In this document: positions 27,435 through 36,885 of the stretch, in pieces
How the letters are laid out: the number at the start of each line of letters is the position of its first letter
How positions within the stretch are numbered: position 1 is the first letter of the stretch
Virus record (IMG/VR): IMGVR_UViG_3300025138_000014
Coordinates: 64,001-128,000 of that record
DNA from: a virus
DNA: 64,000 bases
Direction: 5' to 3' (one strand)
The notes under the pieces: model-generated
Told to the model about the DNA's origin: nothing
Database searches by the model: none
Seen by the model: only the letters and a program-made list of their open reading frames with translations
Program-made: the position numbers and the translations under genes

Positions 27435-28376
27435 ATGACTGATTACACTCAACCAAAATATCCAATTTATATTATTTCTAAAGGACGTGCAGACTCTAGG
27501 TTCACATCTAAAACTTTAGATGAACTTAATGTACCATATCGTATTGTTATTGAGCAATCTGAATACAAAGATTATAATAAGAATATTCCAGCAGAGAAAA
27601 TTTTGGTATTACCTGAAGGGTTTCGTGAAAATCCAAATTATGCTTTTCCAGATGCAGCTGGTCGGATGGGTGGTTCTATTCCAGCCAGAAACTTTGTATG
27701 GGAACACTCCATATCTGAAGGTCACAAGCGGCATTGGATTATGGATGATAACATTAGGCACTTTTATAGAGTGCATCAAAATCTAAAAACAATTGTTACA
27801 TCTGGTAATACTATTAGAGCATGTGAAGATTTCACAGATCGTTTTAAAGATGTAGCAATGTCTGGTATGAACTATCAGTATTTTGTTCCAGCTTCCCAAG
27901 CTAAAAAAGCATACACATTAAACACTAGAGTGTATTCTTGTATTCTACTCCGCAATGATATTAAACATCGTTGGCGTGGTAGATATAATGAAGATACTGA
28001 TTTGAGCATAAATATTTTAAAAGACAATCATAATACAATTTTATTTAATGCATTTGTTTGTGGAAAAATGACTACTCTTACAATGGGTGGCGGTAATACC
28101 GATAATGTTTATATTGATCAAGACAATAGACGGACCTTTGCTGAAGCACTAAAAGAACAGCATCCCGATATTGTAGAAATAGTTTATAGGTACCGACGTT
28201 GGCACCATCACGTTGATTACTCTGGTTTTAAAAAGAATAAACTTGAGTTACGTGATGACTATGTTAAGAAAACTGGTATAAATGAATATGGAATGAAGAT
28301 GGTTAAATTAACCGAAGCACAGCACGAGTTGCATAAAGCGACCTTCGGCAATACGGAGAATAGATATTATGACTAA
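27435..28376 (+). CDS. GT-A fold glycosyltransferase, TET/JBP-associated (GREB1-like) DNA-modifying family
   Basis: YPIYIISKGR, ARN..W, WIMDDNI, VYSCILL, RYNEDTDLS, GGNTD, RWHHHVDY. Confidence 0.7.
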   Translation: MTDYTQPKYPIYIISKGRADSRFTSKTLDELNVPYRIVIEQSEYKDYNKNIPAEKILVLPEGFRENPNYAFPDAAGRMGGSIPARNFVWEHSISEGHKRHWIMDDNIRHFYRVHQNLKTIVTSGNTIRACEDFTDRFKDVAMSGMNYQYFVPASQAKKAYTLNTRVYSCILLRNDIKHRWRGRYNEDTDLSINILKDNHNTILFNAFVCGKMTTLTMGGGNTDNVYIDQDNRRTFAEALKEQHPDIVEIVYRYRRWHHHVDYSGFKKNKLELRDDYVKKTGINEYGMKMVKLTEAQHELHKATFGNTENRYYD

Positions 28377-28644
28377 AAAGAGTAAAGCATCAAGCTTGTT
28401 TGTACTTGATGGAACCGAGGAAGATTACGCACAAAACTACTGGGAAGATATGCCAGAGTTTGAGCAGAATGATTTAGATATTTATGGATCAATGAATATT
28501 GCTTTTCGTACAGAAGAGGACTTCAGAGCATTTGTTCAACTTATTGAACAGCCGAGTGTATCTATTAAATCACGTGGAGTTTACTACCCAGTTAGAGCAA
28601 AGAGTGAGAACACATTGCTCCGTTGGATGCCTGATGAAGAATAA
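28369..28644 (+). CDS. Small acidic protein coupled to the glycosyltransferase
   Basis: Overlaps the GT stop; W.DMPEF.Q..F....D...F...I.Q motif. Confidence 0.65.
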   Translation: MTKKSKASSLFVLDGTEEDYAQNYWEDMPEFEQNDLDIYGSMNIAFRTEEDFRAFVQLIEQPSVSIKSRGVYYPVRAKSENTLLRWMPDEE

Positions 28645-28646
28645 AC

Positions 28647-28675
28647 TTTACAGAAACCTTTAAATGTGATATAAT
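28647..28675 (+). promoter_or_regulatory. Early promoter
   Basis: TTTACA-N17-TATAAT. Confidence 0.8.
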
Positions 28676-28681
28676 TATATT

Positions 28682-29602
28682 ATGATAGACATTACAATAT
28701 TTAAAAATCAATTCGACAATAAGACTCATCGTAAGATGAGCTTTGCCGATAAAGATCAGTTTCTTGGATTTCTATCACAGTTATCAAAGAAACCCTTGGA
28801 GGGTAAAAGAAATGCGCAACTTATTAGTCCGGCTGTATATGTCGATGGTTCTACTAGAGCCAACAAAAATGTTTCTCATTGGGCAGGTTGGTGTGCTGTT
28901 GATGTTGACGATTATGTCTTTGAAGGAAAACTGAAGGAAGTTTTAGATGAAAAACTCTCATGGGGGTATATTTGCTACAGTACTGCTAGCAGCACGATTG
29001 AACAACCAAAATTTAGATTGGTTTTCCAAATCAAAGGAAACGTCCCCGCTGAAAGAATTAGACACTTCTGGTTTGCGCTCAACCAAGAACTTGAAGGAAT
29101 GGGAGATAAACAGACTAAGGATCTCAGCCGAATGTACTTCATACCGGCCGAGTACAAAGATGCGAATAATTTCTTTTTCAGTAATCCTGGCGTGTCTATT
29201 GATCCCTATGAGTTAATGTCTCGGCATGAGTATAATGAAAAGAAAAACTCAAATAACTTTTTGGATAGACTACCAGAAAGTTTACAAGAACAAGTAATTG
29301 CTTATAGACAAACTCAATTAACTAATACCGATATCACTTGGACTTCTTATCTTGATTGCCCATTCTGGCCAAAACACTTAGCAACAGAATATATGATGAT
29401 TGCTGGAGAAGGTTGGTATCGTAAGATGTATGCAATTATGGTTAGAGTAGCAGCTACTGCTATCTATAGAGAGTATCCAATTACTGCTGATGAAATTGCT
29501 ACACTATGTAAACAATTTGATATGGCTAACGGTAACTGGTATGAAAACCGACCAATGAGAACTGAAGCAGATCGTGCTTTAGAATATGTACACAGAAATT
29601 AA
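28682..29602 (+). CDS. Putative AEP-superfamily primase (prim-pol like)
   Basis: ISPAVY, R...NV, hhDhD (AVDVDD), YSTAS...PKFRLVF, D...KDLSRMYFIP, helical C-terminal domain. Confidence 0.6.
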   Translation: MIDITIFKNQFDNKTHRKMSFADKDQFLGFLSQLSKKPLEGKRNAQLISPAVYVDGSTRANKNVSHWAGWCAVDVDDYVFEGKLKEVLDEKLSWGYICYSTASSTIEQPKFRLVFQIKGNVPAERIRHFWFALNQELEGMGDKQTKDLSRMYFIPAEYKDANNFFFSNPGVSIDPYELMSRHEYNEKKNSNNFLDRLPESLQEQVIAYRQTQLTNTDITWTSYLDCPFWPKHLATEYMMIAGEGWYRKMYAIMVRVAATAIYREYPITADEIATLCKQFDMANGNWYENRPMRTEADRALEYVHRN

Positions 29603-29605
29603 TGA

Positions 29606-29634
29606 TTTACAATAACCGAAAAATGTGATATACT
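29606..29634 (+). promoter_or_regulatory. Early promoter
   Basis: TTTACA-N17-TATACT. Confidence 0.75.
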
Positions 29635-29679
29635 TACAGAATATTATTCACTAAATTTATATTATGGAGATTACAGAAT

Positions 29680-30186
29680 ATGGAGACTATTGCTCAACGT
29701 ATGCGCAAAGTTGGTACTTACCTCGGATACTTTGATATCCAACCCTATGAGAATGTGAATGAAGATAGTCCTAATTTTGGTGTATCTTACGACAGACTTA
29801 TTTTCCACGCAGTACTTAAACGGCGAGAGTTTATCGCCTTTGGTGATCTAGTGTATTTTATGTACATTAACAATGATCTAGTCAAAGTCGGTAAAGCCGA
29901 AGGTGCTATTGGCTGGGCTGGTAGAATGAACACTTACAGAAAAGATCCTGCTGACGATGCTACCAATAAAAAAATTATGGATATTATGAAAGAGGACTAT
30001 AGTGTTGTAGAACCCATTTATGTGTATGCTATTTCAGTTCCAAGAGTTTCTTCAGATTACTATTGCAACTTAACAGATTCTGCAGTATGTGTATCAATAC
30101 CACGTGCAGGTAAAGTTGAGACATATCTCACTGAATGTGTAGAGGCTCAAGGTGAACAATTAATCTTTTGCAATCAAAAAACCTAA
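29680..30186 (+). CDS. GIY-YIG nuclease resembling T4 endonuclease II (DenA)
   Basis: VYFMYINNDLVKVGK...RMNTYR...DATN, later E and terminal NQ, paralleling DenA IYAIAINDELVYIGK...RINYYR...DSTK. Confidence 0.55.
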   Translation: METIAQRMRKVGTYLGYFDIQPYENVNEDSPNFGVSYDRLIFHAVLKRREFIAFGDLVYFMYINNDLVKVGKAEGAIGWAGRMNTYRKDPADDATNKKIMDIMKEDYSVVEPIYVYAISVPRVSSDYYCNLTDSAVCVSIPRAGKVETYLTECVEAQGEQLIFCNQKT

Positions 30187-30226
30187 TCATATATATAATG
30201 TATAAACAAAATTTGAAGGATATAAC

Positions 30227-31063
30227 ATGAAGAACAAAGTTGCCATTCTCGGTCACGGGTATGTAGGTAAAGCAGTAGAGTACGGCTTTTCAAATAAAAA
30301 GAATAAAATCCAATTAATTGATCCACATCTTTATGATAACTGTGTTGAAGATATTGAAGATCCAACTGTATCATTTGTATGTGTACCTACACCGATGAGT
30401 AGTGATGGCAATATTGATTCTAGTATCGTCGAAGAAGTAACCGAACAATTGATGATTCGTACTTCTGGTTTAATTGTTATCAAGTCTACAGTAATACCAT
30501 CAGTAGTGAAAAGATTAAGCGATAAAAATCATAGAGTAATTTATAACCCAGAATTTTTAACTGAAAGAAATGCTCTTATTGATTTTGTTAATCCTCCAAT
30601 GCACGTATTTGGCGGACACGAAAATGAGACAGAGCAGCTACATAAATTCTATACAACTAATAGCCGTTGTAAACCTGCTCCAATTTTTAAGATGAGTGCT
30701 GCAGAAGCAGCTTTTGTAAAATACGGAATTAATAGTTTCCTTGCAACAAAGGTACTATGGTTCAATCAATATAAGGATATGATAGATGACTTTGGAGCTG
30801 ATTTTGATAACATTTCTAGCGCTATCGGTTCTGATCCCAGAATTGGCCAATCTCACACTCAAGTTCCTGGCCCTGACGGTCGTGCTGGGTTTGGCGGCGC
30901 TTGTTTCCCCAAGGATACATCAGCTCTTATCGGATTTGATCACGGTAATATCCTCAGCGTTCTAAAATTAGTCGTGCAGGAAAACAGTGTTTATCGTAAC
31001 CAGTATGAGTTAGATAGCCGAGAAAAAGAACAGAATGTTGTTTACATTGAGTCAAATGTATAG
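30227..31063 (+). CDS. ugd: UDP-glucose/GDP-mannose 6-dehydrogenase family protein (short form)
   Basis: GHGYVG, CVPTP, IKSTV.P, NPEFL.E, KY..N.FLA.K, D.RIG, GFGGACFPKD. Confidence 0.88.
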   Translation: MKNKVAILGHGYVGKAVEYGFSNKKNKIQLIDPHLYDNCVEDIEDPTVSFVCVPTPMSSDGNIDSSIVEEVTEQLMIRTSGLIVIKSTVIPSVVKRLSDKNHRVIYNPEFLTERNALIDFVNPPMHVFGGHENETEQLHKFYTTNSRCKPAPIFKMSAAEAAFVKYGINSFLATKVLWFNQYKDMIDDFGADFDNISSAIGSDPRIGQSHTQVPGPDGRAGFGGACFPKDTSALIGFDHGNILSVLKLVVQENSVYRNQYELDSREKEQNVVYIESNV

Positions 31064-31069
31064 TATAAT
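31041..31069 (+). promoter_or_regulatory. Early promoter
   Basis: TTTACA-N17-TATAAT inside the 3' end of ugd. Confidence 0.75.
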
Positions 31070-31092
31070 AGACAGATTATAAGGAAGTTAAA

Positions 31093-32061
31093 ATGAAAAA
31101 ACATATAATGGTAACAGGTGGTGCAGGCTTTATTGCTTACCATCTAATACAAAAACTTATTAAAGATGGCTATGAAGTATCTGCATTCGACAACTACAAT
31201 GATTATTATGATCCAAAGTTGAAACATAAACGTGCAGAGGAATTAATGTCTCTTGTTAATGTAGATGTACTTAATTGTGATCTAAAACAAGAAGAGGATC
31301 TGACTGATCTAGTTAGTGCTTACAAACCAGATGCTATTATCCATTTAGCTGCTTATGCTGGCGTAAGACATTCTTTGAGTGAACCACAAACATACATTGA
31401 TAATAATATTACTGGAACACAAAATCTTATTAATGCTTGTGAAAAAGCAGATGTTCAGCATGTAGTGTATGCTTCAACTTCTTGTACTATGGCGGGTAAT
31501 GAATTACCGTGGAATGAAGATGAGAAAACTGGTTATCAATTGAACCCATATGGCTATTCTAAATCAGCTAATGAAAACCAGATGATGTCCAGTAAAATTA
31601 AATTTACAACTGGTCTTCGGTTCTTTACTGTTTACGGACCATGGGGTCGCCCAGATATGGCTCTATTTGACTTTACTAAAGATATTATTGCAGGTACACC
31701 AATCAAGCTATTTAACTATGGCGACATGGTTCGTGATTTTACTTATGTAGATGATATTGTACAAGGCGTTGGCTTAGTTCTAAAAGATAGTTTTGATCGT
31801 GATAGTGAAGATACATTCGGCGAGATATATAATATTGGTTACGGAGACCAAGTTAAGTTATTTGATTTTGTAACTGAGATTGAAGCTAATCTTGGTCGTG
31901 TAGCACAACGCGAGTTAGTTAAAATGCATCCAGCCGATACACGTGAAACTTGGTCCGATACAACTAAAATTCGGAAGCTAGGTTACAATCCTACTACATC
32001 TATTGAAGATGGAGTGGCTAATTTTATAACATGGTATAAAGGATATTATAATGTCAACTGA
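31093..32061 (+). CDS. NAD-dependent epimerase, UDP-glucuronate 4-epimerase-like
   Basis: TGGAGFI, NDYYDPKLK, HLAAYAGVRHSL, Y...K, LRFFTVYGPWGRPDMA, RDFTYVDD. Confidence 0.88.
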   Translation: MKKHIMVTGGAGFIAYHLIQKLIKDGYEVSAFDNYNDYYDPKLKHKRAEELMSLVNVDVLNCDLKQEEDLTDLVSAYKPDAIIHLAAYAGVRHSLSEPQTYIDNNITGTQNLINACEKADVQHVVYASTSCTMAGNELPWNEDEKTGYQLNPYGYSKSANENQMMSSKIKFTTGLRFFTVYGPWGRPDMALFDFTKDIIAGTPIKLFNYGDMVRDFTYVDDIVQGVGLVLKDSFDRDSEDTFGEIYNIGYGDQVKLFDFVTEIEANLGRVAQRELVKMHPADTRETWSDTTKIRKLGYNPTTSIEDGVANFITWYKGYYNVN

Positions 32062-32221
32062 TGCAGCAACACAACTTATGACTGAAGCCGCTAAATTTCA
32101 TGGAATTACATATGCACAACTTCGGCATAGAATTACATCTGGTGGCGAAAGCCTTATGCAACCATATTATGAAAGCAAAAGCTGGAAAGATTTATATAAA
32201 GTAGCAGAACAATGCGAGTAG
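32051..32221 (+). CDS. 56-aa hypothetical (not in ORF track)
   Basis: AAGGA SD; fills the gap and overlaps both neighbours. Confidence 0.55.
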   Translation: MSTDAATQLMTEAAKFHGITYAQLRHRITSGGESLMQPYYESKSWKDLYKVAEQCE

Positions 32222-32634
32222 GTATTACAGCCTCAACCTTTGATTTGCTTCATGCTGGTCACGTTGCTATGCTTCGAGAAGCTAAAGAGCAATGTGATCA
32301 CCTAATCTGTGCACTACAGATTGATCCTACAATTGATAGAATAGAAAAGAACAAACCTATTCAAACTGTAGTTGAAAGATATACTCAGCTGGCAGCAGTA
32401 AGATATGTAGATGAAGTTATTGTATATTCTACAGAACAAGACTTACTAGATATTTTACAAATGTATCCAATTAATGTACGGATCTTAGGAGACGAATACA
32501 AGCTAAAAGAATTTACAGGAAAAAATGAATGCCGTAAACTCGGCATTGAATTACATTTTAATAGCAGAAATCACAGGTTCTCAACATCAGATTTAAGAGA
32601 ACGTGTCTGCAATGAGAGGAAAAAAACCAAATGA
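32212..32634 (+). CDS. Glycerol-3-phosphate cytidylyltransferase-like (TagD family)
   Basis: FDLLHAGH, ER...L....YVDEV, R.H.FSTS.LR. Confidence 0.85.
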   Translation: MRVGITASTFDLLHAGHVAMLREAKEQCDHLICALQIDPTIDRIEKNKPIQTVVERYTQLAAVRYVDEVIVYSTEQDLLDILQMYPINVRILGDEYKLKEFTGKNECRKLGIELHFNSRNHRFSTSDLRERVCNERKKTK

Positions 32635-33671
32635 GTTCCATTATGGATAAACTCCAGAAGAATACTAAGTTGAAAAATACTGAAATTTTATCTGAGTCAA
32701 AATTTTTTAATGAAAAAGATATGACTACAACTTCTGTTCCGATGGTCAATGTGGCACTATCAGGATCAATGGACGGTGGATTATCCCCAGGACTAACAGT
32801 ACTTGCTGGTCCATCTAAACACTTTAAAACTTCCTTTGCTTTACTTATGGCAGGTGCTTATCTGGATAAACATCCGAATGCAGTAATGTTGTTTTACGAC
32901 TCAGAGTTTGGTTCACCACAATCTTACTTTAAACAATTTGGTATTGATACAAAACGGGTACTTCATACACCAATTACTAATGTAGAAGAACTAAAATTTG
33001 ACGTAGTAAATCAACTTGAAGGTCTTGACCGAAAAGATGAAGTAATTATTGTTATTGACTCAATCGGTAATCTTGCTTCAAAGAAAGAACTTGAAGATGC
33101 TCAGAATGAAAAGTCTGTAGCAGATATGTCTCGTGCTAAACAGCTGAAGTCTTTGTTTAGAATGTGTACTCCATATCTTGCTATGAAAAATATTTCTATG
33201 CTAGCAGTCAATCACACTTATCAAGAAATCGGTTTATTCCCTAAAGCAATTGTTTCTGGTGGAACTGGTATATATTATTCAGCTGATAATATTTGGATTA
33301 TCGGTCGCCGCCAGAATAAAAAGGGTATGGAAGTTACTGGTTATGATTTTGTTATTAATGTTGAGAAGTCTCGGTTTGTTAAAGAGAAATCAAAGATTCC
33401 GATTACAGTATCATGGGAAGGCGGAGTACAAACTTATTCAGGTTTGTTAGAAGTTGCAATGCAAGGTGAGTATGTAAGGAAACCAGCAAACGGTTGGTAT
33501 GAACCAATTAACCCAGAAACAGGTGAAGTGTTGGCTGGCAAGGCTCGTGAAGCACAGACCCTAGAAAAAGAGTTTTGGGATCCAGTATTTGAGCAAACCA
33601 ACTTTAAAGAATTTATCAAAAAACAGTTTACAATTGGCCATAAAGCTGATATAGTATTAGAGGTAGAATAA
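32631..33671 (+). CDS. uvsX: RecA-like recombinase UvsX
   Basis: AGPSKHFKT, YDSEFG, IDSIGNLAS, VNHTY, SGGTG. Confidence 0.96.
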   Translation: MSSIMDKLQKNTKLKNTEILSESKFFNEKDMTTTSVPMVNVALSGSMDGGLSPGLTVLAGPSKHFKTSFALLMAGAYLDKHPNAVMLFYDSEFGSPQSYFKQFGIDTKRVLHTPITNVEELKFDVVNQLEGLDRKDEVIIVIDSIGNLASKKELEDAQNEKSVADMSRAKQLKSLFRMCTPYLAMKNISMLAVNHTYQEIGLFPKAIVSGGTGIYYSADNIWIIGRRQNKKGMEVTGYDFVINVEKSRFVKEKSKIPITVSWEGGVQTYSGLLEVAMQGEYVRKPANGWYEPINPETGEVLAGKAREAQTLEKEFWDPVFEQTNFKEFIKKQFTIGHKADIVLEVE

Positions 33672-34024
33672 TGACAGTAGAACATATATTTTATACGGAA
33701 GGAGAGGACTATGAATTAGTCCCTCCCGCCGATCTCAAAGATGATGAAGCGGGTTGGCACCTAAGAATTTTAACGGGAGAATATGTAGAAACAGTATTAA
33801 CTTTTGGAAATGTATCACTAGATGGTACAGATCCAGATGAAGATGATCCAAAAATGTCTTTTAACTTTGAAATTGTTACAACACCAGATCCCGACCTAAG
33901 TACCGAAGATGAAGATTTTCAACACTATGCAGGTGATCTGCTGTTGTCTCTTATAGAACGATCAATAAAAGAGCAAACTATGCAAGTTGAAGAGAAAGCA
34001 AAACCAGTCTCAAGGCGCTCATGA
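33671..34024 (+). CDS. Acidic hypothetical protein (gp40 position)
   Basis: Between uvsX and gp41; function by synteny only. Confidence 0.55.
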   Translation: MTVEHIFYTEGEDYELVPPADLKDDEAGWHLRILTGEYVETVLTFGNVSLDGTDPDEDDPKMSFNFEIVTTPDPDLSTEDEDFQHYAGDLLLSLIERSIKEQTMQVEEKAKPVSRRS

Positions 34025-35388
34025 ATATAGAACAAGTAATTTTAAGAAACATCTTGGTAAATGAACCTTTCATGCGTAAGGTCTTACCATTTATTAAATC
34101 TGAATATTTTGAAGGAGTTTATAATGGCTTATTTAAACAAGTTGTAAATTATGTAAATACATATAATAGATTACCTAGCCTTGAATCGTTTAAAGTAGAA
34201 ATTGATGATGGTAAGTTTTCTGATGAACAATACAGACACGCAGTAGAAATTCTACCAGAAATTTTCAAAGATGATAAGATTGATTATGAATGGTTAGTTG
34301 ATAAGACCGAAAAGTGGTGTCAAGATCGTGCTGTGTATAATGCTATTATGGAAAGTATATCCATAATTGATGGCAAGCATAAAGAATTGACAAAGCAGGC
34401 ATTACCAGAATTGCTTAGTGAAGCCTTATCAGTTACATTTGATGCAAATATCGGTCACGATTACTTTGATGATATGGTTAATCGTTACGAATCATATCAT
34501 ACCACTGAGTCACGTATGCCGTTTGACCTAGAGATGTTTAATAAGATTACCGATGGTGGTTTACCAAACAAGACTTTAAATATCTGTCTTGCTGGTACTG
34601 GAGTTGGTAAATCTTTGTTTATGTGTCACATGGGTGCGGCTGCTCTAACTCAAGGTAAAAATGTTCTTTATATTACTATGGAGATGTCCGAGGAGAAAAT
34701 CTCGGAAAGAATAGATGCCAACTTGCTAAATATCCCTATAGATCAACTTGATACATTAAGTAAAGATCAGTTTACAGAAAGGGTTAGAAAAGTACAAACA
34801 TCTACAAATGGTAATCTTATTGTTAAAGAGTATCCAACAGGACAAGCCCATTCTTCACACTTCCGTGGCCTTTTAAATGAATTAAAACTAAAAAAGAAAT
34901 TTAAACCAGATATCATTTTCATTGATTATCTAAATATCTGTGCTTCATCAAGAATGAAAGGCATGGGAGGATCAATTAATTCGTACACATACATTAAAGC
35001 AATTGCTGAAGAATTACGTGGACTTGCAGTCGAGTTCAACGTACCGATCATCTCTGCAACGCAAACGACTCGTACTGGTTTTGGTAACTCGGATGTTGGG
35101 CTTGAAGATACGGCCGAGTCTTTTGGACTACCCGCTACGGCAGATTTAATGTTTGCTTTAATTTCAACAGAAGAATTGGAAGCAGCAGGCCAGTTAATGG
35201 TTAAACAATTAAAGAATAGATATAATGATCCTACTCAGAATAAAAGATTTATCATTGGAGTTGATAGATCAAAGATGAGATTGATGGATATAGATAATCC
35301 AACCGAGGGCGTTATGAATGATACGCCAGCATTTGATAATAGTAAACAGGGTCAGGATCAGAAGAAGTTTAAAGATTTTAAATTTTAG
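34021..35388 (+). CDS. gp41: Replicative helicase gp41
   Basis: AGTGVGKS, ITMEM, KEYPT, IDYLNI, AEELRGLA, SATQT, QLKNRY. Confidence 0.96.
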   Translation: MNIEQVILRNILVNEPFMRKVLPFIKSEYFEGVYNGLFKQVVNYVNTYNRLPSLESFKVEIDDGKFSDEQYRHAVEILPEIFKDDKIDYEWLVDKTEKWCQDRAVYNAIMESISIIDGKHKELTKQALPELLSEALSVTFDANIGHDYFDDMVNRYESYHTTESRMPFDLEMFNKITDGGLPNKTLNICLAGTGVGKSLFMCHMGAAALTQGKNVLYITMEMSEEKISERIDANLLNIPIDQLDTLSKDQFTERVRKVQTSTNGNLIVKEYPTGQAHSSHFRGLLNELKLKKKFKPDIIFIDYLNICASSRMKGMGGSINSYTYIKAIAEELRGLAVEFNVPIISATQTTRTGFGNSDVGLEDTAESFGLPATADLMFALISTEELEAAGQLMVKQLKNRYNDPTQNKRFIIGVDRSKMRLMDIDNPTEGVMNDTPAFDNSKQGQDQKKFKDFKF

Positions 35389-35396
35389 GAGATTAA

Positions 35397-35579
35397 ATGT
35401 TACCTGATGAAATGGAAGCAGAAAAAAATAGAAAGATTATATTAGCTCAAGCACAACGAATAGAGATACTAGAAAAAAATGTAGCTGATTTGCAACAACA
35501 ACTATATGAAGAATATATCCATAATATAAAAAGGTATAAAAGGGTGAAAGATTATGAGAGCAGGGAAGGTCTGGGGTAG
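35397..35579 (+). CDS. Hypothetical coiled-coil protein
   Basis: AGGAG SD. Confidence 0.55.
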   Translation: MLPDEMEAEKNRKIILAQAQRIEILEKNVADLQQQLYEEYIHNIKRYKRVKDYESREGLG

Positions 35580-35892
35580 TACAGAACTTATAGAAGCAAA
35601 TAATGCTTTGGAGTTTCATAGAATTGAATTTGAAACTGGTACGTGTTCTAAACATAAACACGAATTTAAATGGAATGGCTTTTATGTTGAATCTGGTATT
35701 ATGATGATCAGAGTTTGGCAGAATGATTATGATTTAGTTGATGAAACTGTTTTACAAGCAGGGGAATATACTAAAGTCAAACCAGGTGTTTATCACCAAT
35801 TTGTAGGAATTGAGCCAGGTGTAGCCTTTGAGTTATATTGGGCAGAATTTAACCATAACGATATTATTAGAGAGACAGTAGGTCACGAATGA
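35554..35892 (+). CDS. Cupin-fold protein (sugar isomerase-like)
   Basis: K.WG.....CSKHKH..K...FYV.SG ... PGVYHQF cupin motifs. Confidence 0.7.
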   Translation: MRAGKVWGSTELIEANNALEFHRIEFETGTCSKHKHEFKWNGFYVESGIMMIRVWQNDYDLVDETVLQAGEYTKVKPGVYHQFVGIEPGVAFELYWAEFNHNDIIRETVGHE

Positions 35893-36557
35893 TTAAAGCA
35901 AAGCTAATGGGTTACACTCAAGTACATGAGTCACCCGCATTAGGTAATATTCAAGAACTTGTAGCATTTTGTGCAAGAGTATCTAATCCCTCAAATCAAA
36001 TTAATAGTGAGACAAGTGAAAAACTCATTAAGTATTTGATAAAACATAAACATTGGTCTCCACTTGAAATGGTTTCGGCAACCATGGAAGTTAAGTGTAC
36101 ACGAGATATTGCACGACAGCTTTTACGGCATCGGTCATTCTCTTTTCAGGAATTCAGTCAACGCTATGCTGATCCAGCAGATCAAGAGTCGCTATATGTA
36201 TTGTCAGAAGCTAGGCTTCAAGATACAAAAAATAGACAAAACAGCATTGATTCAGATGATGAAGACTTGCAAGCCGCATGGAATTTACAACAACAAAATG
36301 TAATTGATCAAGCTAAAAAAGCATATGACTTTGCAATCTTTAATGGAATTGCCAAGGAGCAAGCACGTAAAGTGTTACCCGAAGGACTTACTATGTCTAC
36401 ATTATATGTAAACGGAACACTTCGTTCTTGGATACACTATATAGAACTAAGGAGTGCAAACGGTACTCAGAAAGAACATATGGAATTAGCTAGGGCTTGC
36501 GGAGAAGCAATAGCAATTATATTTCCACTAGCAAAAAATTTAACATCAGGAGACTAA
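35889..36557 (+). CDS. thyX: Flavin-dependent thymidylate synthase
   Basis: ARVSNP, HWSPLE, RQLLRHRSFSFQEFSQRY, EQAR.VLP, QKEH. Confidence 0.96.
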   Translation: MIKAKLMGYTQVHESPALGNIQELVAFCARVSNPSNQINSETSEKLIKYLIKHKHWSPLEMVSATMEVKCTRDIARQLLRHRSFSFQEFSQRYADPADQESLYVLSEARLQDTKNRQNSIDSDDEDLQAAWNLQQQNVIDQAKKAYDFAIFNGIAKEQARKVLPEGLTMSTLYVNGTLRSWIHYIELRSANGTQKEHMELARACGEAIAIIFPLAKNLTSGD

Positions 36558-36559
36558 AA

Positions 36560-36808
36560 ATGGGAAAAAAACTCTCAACTTATTATTCAGATTCCAGTGA
36601 AGATTATTGTGAAGTACATTTTAATTATAAAGAAGAATTTGCTTATATAAAATATTTCACGGCTGACGGTACAAGATATTTTGAAGAGTTTTTTCCTAAT
36701 AAGGCTTTGTGTTATGTTGAAGATGCTGCAGAGAACTGGGCTTTAGGCTATAAAGATTTATCACCTGAGCATCATACACAATATACATTAAAGTTTCCAA
36801 ATATGTAA
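36560..36808 (+). CDS. Hypothetical protein
   Basis: AGGAG SD; YVEDAAENWALG motif. Confidence 0.6.
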   Translation: MGKKLSTYYSDSSEDYCEVHFNYKEEFAYIKYFTADGTRYFEEFFPNKALCYVEDAAENWALGYKDLSPEHHTQYTLKFPNM

Positions 36809-36816
36809 AATAATGC

Positions 36817-36845
36817 TTTACATATCTTTCCTAATGTTTTATAAT
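36817..36845 (+). promoter_or_regulatory. Early promoter
   Basis: TTTACA-N17-TATAAT; -35 sits in a 9-bp inverted repeat ATATGTAAA/TTTACATAT. Confidence 0.8.
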
Positions 36846-36885
36846 GAGTATACAACAGCAAAAAAGAAAAGATAGAGGCACTATT

